A stretch of DNA of 64,000 bases, taken from Minisyncoccota bacterium (GTDB lineage Bacteria > Patescibacteriota > Minisyncoccia > Phycocordibacterales > UBA9973). The position numbers and the translations under genes are program-made. Position 1 is the first letter of the stretch, and every line of letters starts with the position of its first letter. Positions 51,648 to 59,050 of this stretch are shown piece by piece. The notes beneath the pieces were generated by a model that made no database searches, was not told the origin of the DNA, and was given only the letters and a program-made list of their open reading frames with translations. Location of the stretch: positions 15,088 to 79,087 of the forward strand of contig JAGOQI010000002.1 of NCBI GenBank assembly GCA_017991515.1, written 5' to 3'.

Positions 51648-52055
51648 ATGAAAAAAATAGTTGTTTCGTTATTTGTCCTTGCTCTTCTTGTTTTACCAGC
51701 CGCAGTGTCTGCTCAGTTAGGTGGCCCTCGACCAAACTTTACCTACGCTAACACTGCAGTTGAACAGATTATAAGATGGTCACAAATGGCAGTTACATTT
51801 TTGATGATTATTGCTACTTTGTGGTTTATCTGGACTGTTATTGGTTATATCCGAGTCAAGGATGCTACTAAAGCAGAAGATGCTAAAAAGGCGATGATCA
51901 GAGGTATTATAGGACTTTTTGTTATCGTAACTATCTGGGGTATAGTTCGTATTTTAGCAAGTACACTAGGAGTAACAGGTGGATCATTAAATACTGAAGA
52001 TACTCCTTGTCCTCCAGGTATGACATATAGTACTCTTGATAGAGTTTGTCGATAA
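51648..52055 (+). CDS. secreted pilin-like protein, paralog 4
   Basis: Signal peptide MKKIVVSLFVLALLVLPAAVSA; VTFLMIIATLWFIWTVIGYIRVKDATKAEDAKKAMIRGIIGLFVIVTIWGIVRILASTLGV; C-terminal CPPG...VCR. Confidence 0.6.
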   Translation: MKKIVVSLFVLALLVLPAAVSAQLGGPRPNFTYANTAVEQIIRWSQMAVTFLMIIATLWFIWTVIGYIRVKDATKAEDAKKAMIRGIIGLFVIVTIWGIVRILASTLGVTGGSLNTEDTPCPPGMTYSTLDRVCR

Positions 52056-52063
52056 TCTAAACT

Positions 52064-52402
52064 ATGTTCGAGTACATCGCCTATGCCAAAAGCTTTGACG
52101 CTATTGTCTTTGATATAAACAGGACGATATTAAACCCACTTATCCAGTTTGCTTTCATTGTCGCTTTCGTTATCTTTATTTGGGGTGTAGCAGAATACAT
52201 ACGAAATGCTAACAATCCAGAAGCTCGCAAAAAAGGACAAGACCATATGCTTTGGGGTATTATCGGACTAGTTATCATGGTAGGCGTGTATGGAATTATT
52301 AATATATTAGTAAATACTTTCGGACTAGGAACTCCTCGCATAAATAATGAAGAACAAATATTTACTCCTCCTAAGATAAAAGAAGTAAATATACCGAAAT
52401 AA
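52064..52402 (+). CDS. pilin-like protein, paralog 5 (shortest, no obvious cleavable signal)
   Basis: FAFIVAFVIFIWGVAEYIRNANNPEARKKGQDHMLWGIIGLVIMVGVYGIINILVNTFGLGT. Confidence 0.55.
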   Translation: MFEYIAYAKSFDAIVFDINRTILNPLIQFAFIVAFVIFIWGVAEYIRNANNPEARKKGQDHMLWGIIGLVIMVGVYGIINILVNTFGLGTPRINNEEQIFTPPKIKEVNIPK

Positions 52403-52437
52403 AAAAATCCCCGCGCCTTGCGGGGATTTTGCTTTGT
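52403..52437. terminator. bidirectional intrinsic terminator closing the pilin-like operon
   Basis: AAAAAAATCCCCGCGCCTTGCGGGGATTTTG. Confidence 0.8.
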
Positions 52438-52459
52438 ACGAAGAACTATTTCTTTAAAA

Positions 52460-52972
52460 CTATAACAATAGTGGAACTTTACTAGTCCAAAGAATCTTGC
52501 AAGGCTTATCTACTGTTAGGGTATGAGAACCTGCAACGGGTCTACTTTGACCAATTATTTCTTCATAACCAACCCTTCCATTATGAAGCCATATTTTATA
52601 GCTCCACTTACCACTCGGACCATCAAAGTTTAGTGTGATGGTGTCCTTTGTGGATATAGGGACGGGGTAGTAGTCATCACCAAAGTTTTTAAGTTGGAAG
52701 CTCTTAGTTTCGTTTTTTGAAAAAGAATTTTCTTTTTCAGGGATGATTGGGTTGGTTGTCACAGCAGGAGAAACATTCTCTGTTGAGATAACAACCTCTT
52801 TTTCTGAAGACTTCTTTTTCTTAAAATCAATTTGAGTAATTGATACTAAGATTAAAATTATGACTGTTGGTATTATAAAATTCCAAGCCCAACCATAATA
52901 ATCTTTGTATTTTTTAACCTTTACAACTTTTTTGTTTTTTGATTTAACTTTATTTTTTTTAAACATTACCAC
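52460..52972 (-). CDS. hypothetical single-pass membrane protein with a lysine-rich cytoplasmic N-terminus
   Basis: KKNKVKSKNKKVVKVKK, then a transmembrane helix, then an extracytoplasmic domain. Confidence 0.5.
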   Translation of the reverse strand: MVMFKKNKVKSKNKKVVKVKKYKDYYGWAWNFIIPTVIILILVSITQIDFKKKKSSEKEVVISTENVSPAVTTNPIIPEKENSFSKNETKSFQLKNFGDDYYPVPISTKDTITLNFDGPSGKWSYKIWLHNGRVGYEEIIGQSRPVAGSHTLTVDKPCKILWTSKVPLLL

Positions 52973-54020
52973 CTCCTTGATTTGGGTTTAATAGTAGGCT
53001 TGTTTTGGTGTCTCCAAGTACTAAGGTTTTTGCCTTAAAACCTTTGTTTATTTTTTTGTGAGCATCAGCTTGTGCTTGTAGTAATGGGACGGTTACATCT
53101 TCAAGTTTCTTTTTCCCAAGTTCTATAATTTGTAACTCGTCAGCTTTTTCTTTTTCCCTTTCTTTGTCCCTGGTTTTATTTTTCTTCTCTTGTAATCCTA
53201 CTTTTTCTGTTTCTACTGTTTTTTCATTTCTAATTTTAAGGATACTTTCTATTTTGTCGTCATATCCTACATCTAAAGAAAAGTCAGGGATGTAGCCTCC
53301 ATATTGTTGAATAACTTTATTCATGTATTTCCGAAGATTGATTTCTCCTTTCCCGAAATTAAGCATGATTGAATTGTCATCATCAATATTAAGACCTATC
53401 ATTTCATCAATTATCAAGTTCTGTAGTTCTTCCTTGGTTATAGAAGGATTAGTAGCTATATTTATAGATGCTAATGTTTTCTCCCACTTAACAGCCCAAG
53501 GGTATATGGCATCATTTAATTGATTACCAACAAAAATTAAAAAGTCATCCATATCATTTGTTTTCATAGGATTTAGTATCTCTACTTTTACAGTAAATAC
53601 TAAATAAAATGTACCACCTGCTTTTGGAAGTATTACTTCTATTGCATAAGGATGTGTTTCAGTTTTACGAAGCCTAGTAACTTCCTCTGTTATGGTTATT
53701 ATAGGTTTTTTAGTACCTAGAATTTGTTGAACAGTACCATAACGTATGGTTTTCCCGTCTTTACTCTTTTTTGGGAGATCTTCAATCTTTAAATTTTCAA
53801 CAAATTTATTGTAAGTTAGTGATTTAAAGACCTTATTAAAAGGCCAAGGCATTGATTTTGTTAAGAAACTTTTCTTATCTCCATCAATATATCCCCAAAT
53901 TTGGTCAAACGGACCCCATGCATGCCAGCGGTTATTTTTAGGCTTTATGGCTCGCCCTGGTAAAAAACCAGATAGCCAATACAAAATTATGGCTGCTGAA
54001 ATGATTAGTGTAGTTATCAT
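52959..54020 (-). CDS. membrane protein, possibly SPFH / band-7-like
   Basis: N-terminal transmembrane helix; central beta-rich region; C-terminal charged coiled-coil (ETEKVGLQEKKNKTRDKEREKEKADE...LLQAQADAHKK). Family assignment is weak. Confidence 0.4.
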   Translation of the reverse strand: MITTLIISAAIILYWLSGFLPGRAIKPKNNRWHAWGPFDQIWGYIDGDKKSFLTKSMPWPFNKVFKSLTYNKFVENLKIEDLPKKSKDGKTIRYGTVQQILGTKKPIITITEEVTRLRKTETHPYAIEVILPKAGGTFYLVFTVKVEILNPMKTNDMDDFLIFVGNQLNDAIYPWAVKWEKTLASINIATNPSITKEELQNLIIDEMIGLNIDDDNSIMLNFGKGEINLRKYMNKVIQQYGGYIPDFSLDVGYDDKIESILKIRNEKTVETEKVGLQEKKNKTRDKEREKEKADELQIIELGKKKLEDVTVPLLQAQADAHKKINKGFKAKTLVLGDTKTSLLLNPNQGGGNV

Positions 54021-54104
54021 TGTTATATGTTTTTATGTTAAAGAAATTGTTTATTTATTTTAATATATTATACATAAAAGTAAGATTTTGTCAATATAAA
54101 TACA

Positions 54105-54135
54105 AATAAAAAATCCCCGGCGAAAGCAGGGGATT
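54105..54135 (-). terminator. rho-independent terminator for the gene at 54155-54556
   Basis: Read on the minus strand: CAAATCCCCTGCTTTCGCCGGGGATTTTTT. Confidence 0.7.
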
Positions 54136-54154
54136 TGAATGTTTTTTTGACGAA

Positions 54155-54556
54155 TTAAAGACCTATGAAGGTTACTCTTTGTTGAGTTCCTCCTTCAGTA
54201 AAATCTATTCTGAATTTCACTGGTTTTGGAGCATTGTACATAAGAGTTTTTTCATTATAATTCCTGAAAAATGTATCTGGCCAATGACTTGGCAAGGGGT
54301 ACATTTCTCCAGCAATGGTTAGCTTCAGTAAGCTTTTACCATCTGCTGATGGCATATAATAATACGCCGTCAGCATTTTTGAGAAACCTACTGGAACTTC
54401 TTCCAGATAAGCAGTTCCGTAGGCTGTTGCCTCACCTTGCTGGTTCAATGCAACAGGACTAAATACTTCAGGAACAAAAGTAATTTTATGCTCCTGAGCT
54501 TTTACTGATGTGAAAGTTCCTAAGACTATTACAAAAATCAAAAATATCTTTTTCAT
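54155..54556 (-). CDS. secreted hypothetical protein
   Basis: Signal peptide MKKIFLIFVIVLGTFTSVKA. Confidence 0.5.
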   Translation of the reverse strand: MKKIFLIFVIVLGTFTSVKAQEHKITFVPEVFSPVALNQQGEATAYGTAYLEEVPVGFSKMLTAYYYMPSADGKSLLKLTIAGEMYPLPSHWPDTFFRNYNEKTLMYNAPKPVKFRIDFTEGGTQQRVTFIGL

Positions 54557-54655
54557 TTTTTATATATTAAAGGTTAAACAACAATTTATTTCTAGTATAT
54601 TATAGCAGATTTGGAGCTATTTGTCAATAAGCAATAAGGAGCTTTAATTTTAGGG

Positions 54656-54684
54656 TTGAAAATAGGGAATTAGTATTGTAGAAT
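54656..54684 (+). promoter_or_regulatory. sigma70 promoter of the tRNA-Leu / tRNA-Lys cluster
   Basis: TTGAAA, 17-nt spacer, TAGAAT, about 20 nt upstream of tRNA-Leu. Confidence 0.55.
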
Positions 54685-54705
54685 AAGGGGCATTCTACAT
54701 AGCGT

Positions 54706-54787
54706 GCCCGGGTGGCGAAATTGGTAGACGCGTCAGTCTTAGGAACTGATATCGCAAGATGTGAAGGTTCAAGTCCTTTCCCGGGCA
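54706..54787 (+). tRNA. tRNA-Leu (anticodon TAG)
   Basis: GCCCGGG acceptor, anticodon arm TCAGT-CTTAGGA-ACTGA, long variable arm, T arm GGTTCAAGTCC. Confidence 0.85.
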
Positions 54788-54804
54788 CACTGTGTGGAAT
54801 CCAG

Positions 54805-54877
54805 GCGCTTATAGCTCAGCTGGTAGAGCAGCTCCCTCTTAAGGAGACGGTCGCAGGTTCAAATCCTGCTAAGCGCA
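54805..54877 (+). tRNA. tRNA-Lys (anticodon CTT)
   Basis: GCGCTTATAGCTCAGCTGGTAGAGCAGCTCCCTCTTAAGGAGACGGTCGCAGGTTCAAATCCTGCTAAGCGCA folds as a cloverleaf. Confidence 0.85.
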
Positions 54878-54895
54878 CAACACAAAGTGTTGTCG

Positions 54896-55090
54896 CGCTT
54901 AGAGCAAGACAACTGCTTGTCTTGCGTCAGGATTTGAAAGGCACAGCCATGTCGCTTGCGACAGGCGAGCCGGGGTCGCGAGTACTTATGAATGAAATGA
55001 ATTAGTAACTCGTGACCGAATCCTGATTTTTTTGACTGAAAAAGTTTTAGGTGAAGGAAAATCCTGATATTCATGCGGTCACAAATCACT
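54896..55090 (+). repeat. structured non-coding element, copy 1 (paralog of 61930-62115), immediately 3' of tRNA-Lys
   Basis: Shares blocks with copy 2: GAGCAA..CAACTGCTT..TTGCGTCAGGATTTGAA, GGAAAATCCTG and ACTTAGTAACTCGTGACCGAATCCTG; the hairpin GCAAGACA-ACTGCT-TGTCTTGC covaries with copy 2. Confidence 0.6.
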
Positions 55091-55177
55091 AAGTATTTTA
55101 TTTCGTAAAACTCATAAAATACAAAGTGTTCGCGACCCCGTCTCGTCTGTTTCGCTTCGCTCAACATGACTGTGACT

Positions 55178-55229
55178 GGCACCACACATAAAAAACCAGG
55201 AGCAGTCCTGGTTTTTTATGTGTGGTGCC
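55178..55229. terminator. 23-bp perfect hairpin between convergent tRNA transcription units
   Basis: GGCACCACACATAAAAAACCAGG-AGCAGT-CCTGGTTTTTTATGTGTGGTGCC; the right arm overlaps the 3' end of tRNA-Leu(TAA). Confidence 0.55.
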
Positions 55230-55309
55230 CGGAGCGAGACTCGAACTCGCACGCCTATAACGGCTGAGGATTTTAAGTCCTCTATGTCTACCATTCCATC
55301 ATCCGGGCA
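55224..55309 (-). tRNA. tRNA-Leu (anticodon TAA), CCA encoded
   Basis: Reverse complement GCCCGGATGATGGAATGGTAGACATAGAGGACTTAAAATCCTCAGCCGTTATAGGCGTGCGAGTTCGAGTCTCGCTCCGGGCACCA. Confidence 0.85.
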
Positions 55310-55332
55310 TATTTATTTTTCAACTTACCTAG

Positions 55333-55404
55333 AGACCTGGGCGAGAATCGAACTCGCGTATAGTTCTTTTGCAGAGAACCGCCTTACCACTTGGCCACCA
55401 GGTC
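55333..55404 (-). tRNA. tRNA-Cys (anticodon GCA)
   Basis: Reverse complement GACCTGGTGGCCAAGTGGTAAGGCGGTTCTCTGCAAAAGAACTATACGCGAGTTCGATTCTCGCCCAGGTCT. Confidence 0.85.
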
Positions 55405-55406
55405 TT

Positions 55407-55739
55407 TTATTTTTCTCCTTCGTAAAGGAGTGCGTCTATATTTTGACGGGCTTTCTCTCCTTTGTCAATTTGAACATCAACAAAAGGGATATTTATCATA
55501 TTTACACCTTTTTTGATAACAGTTCGCAAATCATTTCTTTTTCTTTTCAAAAAGTTTATAGCTGAGTCTTCACCGCTTTCAGGGAGAACAGATATAAAGA
55601 TAGTAGCATTGCGGCCTCTTTCTGTAACCTCAACTCTAGTAACAGAAATAAGAGCAGTTTTATTGCTTTCTCTTTCTATAAATTGCGCTGCGATTTGTGC
55701 AATCTGTACTTCTATTTTTTCTTGTTTTCCTTTATCCAT
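55407..55739 (-). CDS. rbfA: ribosome-binding factor A
   Basis: KH-like RbfA pattern (RVEVTERGRNATIFISV...); lies immediately downstream of infB, as in the conserved infB-rbfA order. Confidence 0.7.
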   Translation of the reverse strand: MDKGKQEKIEVQIAQIAAQFIERESNKTALISVTRVEVTERGRNATIFISVLPESGEDSAINFLKRKRNDLRTVIKKGVNMINIPFVDVQIDKGEKARQNIDALLYEGEK

Positions 55740-55740
55740 A

Positions 55741-57228
55741 TTATTTTGTGACCATTATAAATGCTTCCAAAATATCTCCAACTGCGATCTCTTTTTTACA
55801 TTCGATCATCAGTCCACATTCTCCCTCAGAAACTTCTTTTTGTTTTTGTCTAGCCTGTTGAAGTTCTACAACCTTTCCTTCAGCTAATGGAAATTCTCGT
55901 CTTATAACAGAAACTTTTGCTCCATGGGTAATTGTGCCACTTTCAACTCTAGCTCCCAATACTTGGCGCTCTCTGGTATGAGAGAAAGTTTTTAATACCT
56001 TGGCAGTACCTATAACCTCACGAGTCTCTATGCGGGGTCGTCTCTTCTCTAGTTCTTCTTCTAAATATTCTGTCAGTTTGTAGATAATATCGAAGCTTTG
56101 GATATTTGCTTCTACTTTTTCATTTATGTCTTTTGCTGATTTATCTAAAACAGAGTTAAATCCAAGTATGATTGTATTTTTATCAGATTGAGCAAGTTTG
56201 ATATCTGCTTCTCCAATAGAACCAATACCGCGACCAATGATTTTAATATGAAGACCTTCTATAGAAATCTTATTTATCTCTTTTTCTATAGCCTCAAGCG
56301 TTCCCTGAACATCAGTTTTAATAATAAGAGGTACGACTCTACATCCATCAGCAACTGCAACTGCGTCTTTGCCACCATTTTTCTTTGTAGAAAATTCTGC
56401 TATATGTTTTTCAGCATCTTTCTTTTTATCAAAGACCACTATTTCAGCACCTACTTCAGGGAGTTTATCAAAACCGATAAGGTGAACTGATGTCCCAGCC
56501 GGCACACTTTCTATAGTTTTACCTAAGAAGTTCTCCATGATTCTTGTAGTGGTAAAAGAGTCTCCGGCAACTACAAATTGACTTCTCTTTAGTGTTCCAT
56601 TTTTTATTATCAAAGTTGCAGCAATACCTCTTTTTGGTTCTAAATGGCTTTCGATAACAACACCTTCAGCCATAGCACCAGCATCAGAAGAGAGTTCAGC
56701 AAGATCAGCGACAAGTATAATAGTTTCGAGTAAGTCCGGGATACCAGTACCTTTTGTAGCTGAAATAGGAACCCAAGGAATATCGCCACCAAAACCTTCA
56801 ACAAGTATCTCGCTCTCTGCAAGAGAAAGTTTCGTTTTTTCAATATTGGATTCTGGTAGATCAATTTTATTTATAGCAACTATAAAAGGTATTTTAGCTT
56901 CTCGGATAGTTTTCAAGGCTTCTATTGTTTGAGCTTTCACACCATCTTCTGCAGAAACAACTAAAATAGCAATATCGGCAGCGCTGGCACCTCGTTCTCT
57001 CATACCAGTAAATGCAGCGTGACCTGGAGTATCCAAAAAAGTAATAACACGAGTTTCCTTTTGGTAGGGAACAGAAATTTCATAAGCACTTAAGTGTTGA
57101 GTGATACCACCTGCTTCTCCTCCTACTACATTTGTTTTACGAATGTAGTCTAGTAGTGTACTTTTACCATGGTCTATATGTCCCATGATAGCTACTACTG
57201 GTGGTCTTTGTGTTGAAGGTGTTTTCAT
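55741..57228 (-). CDS. infB: translation initiation factor IF-2 (short form lacking N-terminal domains)
   Basis: G domain VVAIMGHIDHGKSTLLD, DTPGHAAF and NKID motifs, C-terminal beta-barrels; 495 aa. Confidence 0.9.
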   Translation of the reverse strand: MKTPSTQRPPVVAIMGHIDHGKSTLLDYIRKTNVVGGEAGGITQHLSAYEISVPYQKETRVITFLDTPGHAAFTGMRERGASAADIAILVVSAEDGVKAQTIEALKTIREAKIPFIVAINKIDLPESNIEKTKLSLAESEILVEGFGGDIPWVPISATKGTGIPDLLETIILVADLAELSSDAGAMAEGVVIESHLEPKRGIAATLIIKNGTLKRSQFVVAGDSFTTTRIMENFLGKTIESVPAGTSVHLIGFDKLPEVGAEIVVFDKKKDAEKHIAEFSTKKNGGKDAVAVADGCRVVPLIIKTDVQGTLEAIEKEINKISIEGLHIKIIGRGIGSIGEADIKLAQSDKNTIILGFNSVLDKSAKDINEKVEANIQSFDIIYKLTEYLEEELEKRRPRIETREVIGTAKVLKTFSHTRERQVLGARVESGTITHGAKVSVIRREFPLAEGKVVELQQARQKQKEVSEGECGLMIECKKEIAVGDILEAFIMVTK

Positions 57229-57230
57229 AT

Positions 57231-57701
57231 TTATAAACTCTTTTTTGATGTTTCTAATGCGAGAGATTCTTCTGGAGTGAGTGTTGGTAGAGGAGTGCCT
57301 CGACTAACTGGTTTGGCATAAACCCCAACATGATTGCGGTTTGTGATAACAGATAAAATAAATCCGTCACCTGATTCGTCTATTAAGGCAGAAGCGAAGC
57401 TTTGGTTACCGCCGTTGTCTTCATAAGCATCGTAACGAACAAGAGAATAACCCCTAATACTTTTTTTGATACGACTGTCTATGATTTCGAGAGCTTCTTT
57501 GTGAGCATTTAAAGTTTGGTCTACTTCAAAATTTTTCTTTGTGAGCCACTCAATATGTGCTTCTAGGGAAGCGCCATCTTTGCCGGCAGTAAACGAACGA
57601 AGCTTTTTATGGAGTATTACAAGTGCGACTGTTAGTATAATAATAAAGAGCGACATAGTCGCTAAAGTAATTAGAAGCCACAGTGGTATACTTTGTACCA
57701 T
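57231..57701 (-). CDS. hypothetical single-pass membrane protein
   Basis: N-terminal transmembrane helix then a soluble domain; stop directly abuts the infB start. Confidence 0.5.
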   Translation of the reverse strand: MVQSIPLWLLITLATMSLFIIILTVALVILHKKLRSFTAGKDGASLEAHIEWLTKKNFEVDQTLNAHKEALEIIDSRIKKSIRGYSLVRYDAYEDNGGNQSFASALIDESGDGFILSVITNRNHVGVYAKPVSRGTPLPTLTPEESLALETSKKSL

Positions 57702-57726
57702 AGTAGCGTATTATACTGATTTTATC

Positions 57727-58926
57727 ATGTTTTTCAAGCCTTTTAAGAATCTATACAGAAATAACAGAATATATCTTGACTATGCTTCAAGTACTCCAGA
57801 AGACGCTAAAATGCTCGCTTCTTTTTCGCGTCTCGATAAAAGAGTGTTGAAAGCTAATCCTAGTGCCTTACACAAAGAAGGTGTAGCTTTAAAAAAGATT
57901 CTTTCAGACACAAGATCACTTGTCGCCAAAACTTTGACAGTCCAAAATAATGAAATAATTTTTACTAGCAATGCGACAGAAAGTGATAACTTGGCAATAT
58001 TAGGATTTATCAGAAATAAAATAGATGTTGGTATAAATCCAAAAGAAATAGCTCTTTATATTAGTCCTTTTGAACATTCAGCAATTGAGTCTTTGATAAA
58101 TAATATTGATAAAGGTATAAGAGTTTGCAAACTGGTTCAAGAAGATGGATATGTTTTGCCAAATAGTATAAATATCCCCGAAGAAACAAAAGTGGTTTTG
58201 ATATCTGTTATGTTTGTTCAAAATGAAATAGGAACAACTCAAAATATAAAAGAAATATCCAAGAGAATCAGAAAGCTTCGCAAGGAATATCCAGAAAAAA
58301 CTATAGTCTTTCATACCGATGCAACCCAAGCGCCACTTTATTATGATTTAAATGTTGCTAGACTCGGAGTAGATATGATGACCCTCGGTGCTACAAAACT
58401 CTATACACCAAAAGGTGTAGGAATGCTTTATAAAAAAAGATCTATAAATCTCTCTCCAATATTTTATGGTGGAGGACAAGAAGGAGGACTACGACCAGGG
58501 ACTGAGCCAGTAGAACTTATTCATAAATTTGCCAACGCACTTTCATATGCTCAATATAGGTATGAAGATGCTTATAATAAGACCAAGGTTTTACAAAATT
58601 ATTTTGAAAATAAAATCAAAAAAGAACTTCCCCAAATCACTATCACAGGAGGTGGTGATAGATCTCCACATATAACACACTTAACAATACCTGATATAGA
58701 CAGTGAACTTTTAGTGATAGAGCTCGATGCGCGAGGTATAGCCGTGTCCTCCAAGAGTGCTTGTAAGAACGAAGATACTGATGAATCTGGAATTATGGAA
58801 CTTTTATATCCAAATCAAAATCTAGGAGCTATTCGTATTTCTTATGGAAGGAAGACTACCAAGAGGGAATTAATCAAGACAATAAAAGCTATAAAAAATG
58901 TTTTAGAAAAATACAAAAATATTTAA
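57727..58926 (+). CDS. cysteine desulfurase / class V aminotransferase (IscS/NifS-like)
   Basis: IYLDYASSTP N-terminal motif and a PLP-fold; start trimmed to MFFKPFK. Confidence 0.8.
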   Translation: MFFKPFKNLYRNNRIYLDYASSTPEDAKMLASFSRLDKRVLKANPSALHKEGVALKKILSDTRSLVAKTLTVQNNEIIFTSNATESDNLAILGFIRNKIDVGINPKEIALYISPFEHSAIESLINNIDKGIRVCKLVQEDGYVLPNSINIPEETKVVLISVMFVQNEIGTTQNIKEISKRIRKLRKEYPEKTIVFHTDATQAPLYYDLNVARLGVDMMTLGATKLYTPKGVGMLYKKRSINLSPIFYGGGQEGGLRPGTEPVELIHKFANALSYAQYRYEDAYNKTKVLQNYFENKIKKELPQITITGGGDRSPHITHLTIPDIDSELLVIELDARGIAVSSKSACKNEDTDESGIMELLYPNQNLGAIRISYGRKTTKRELIKTIKAIKNVLEKYKNI

Positions 58927-59050
58927 TTTTAAAAACTAGAAAAAAAGGTGGTTTTATTGTATAGTAGCTCTATACCGAGAGACTTTTGACTGTTTTTGCC
59001 GCACTTCTGAAATCCTTTTAATTTACGAGCTTTTTAATATATTACTCACT

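Noticed and set aside
54896-55090. Interpreting the tRNA-trailer element as tmRNA, SRP RNA or a degenerate tRNA pseudogene
   Set aside because: It has no tmRNA tRNA-like ends, no SRP domain-IV motif (GGAAGCAGC), and it cannot be folded into a cloverleaf (6-nt loop, 8-bp stem). It is kept as an unclassified structured element.
54712-55887. Track ORFs 54712-55005, 54859-55185, 55112-55294, 55218-55565 and 55513-55887
   Set aside because: They overlap four tRNA genes, the structured repeat element and the antisense strand of rbfA; there is no coding signal.
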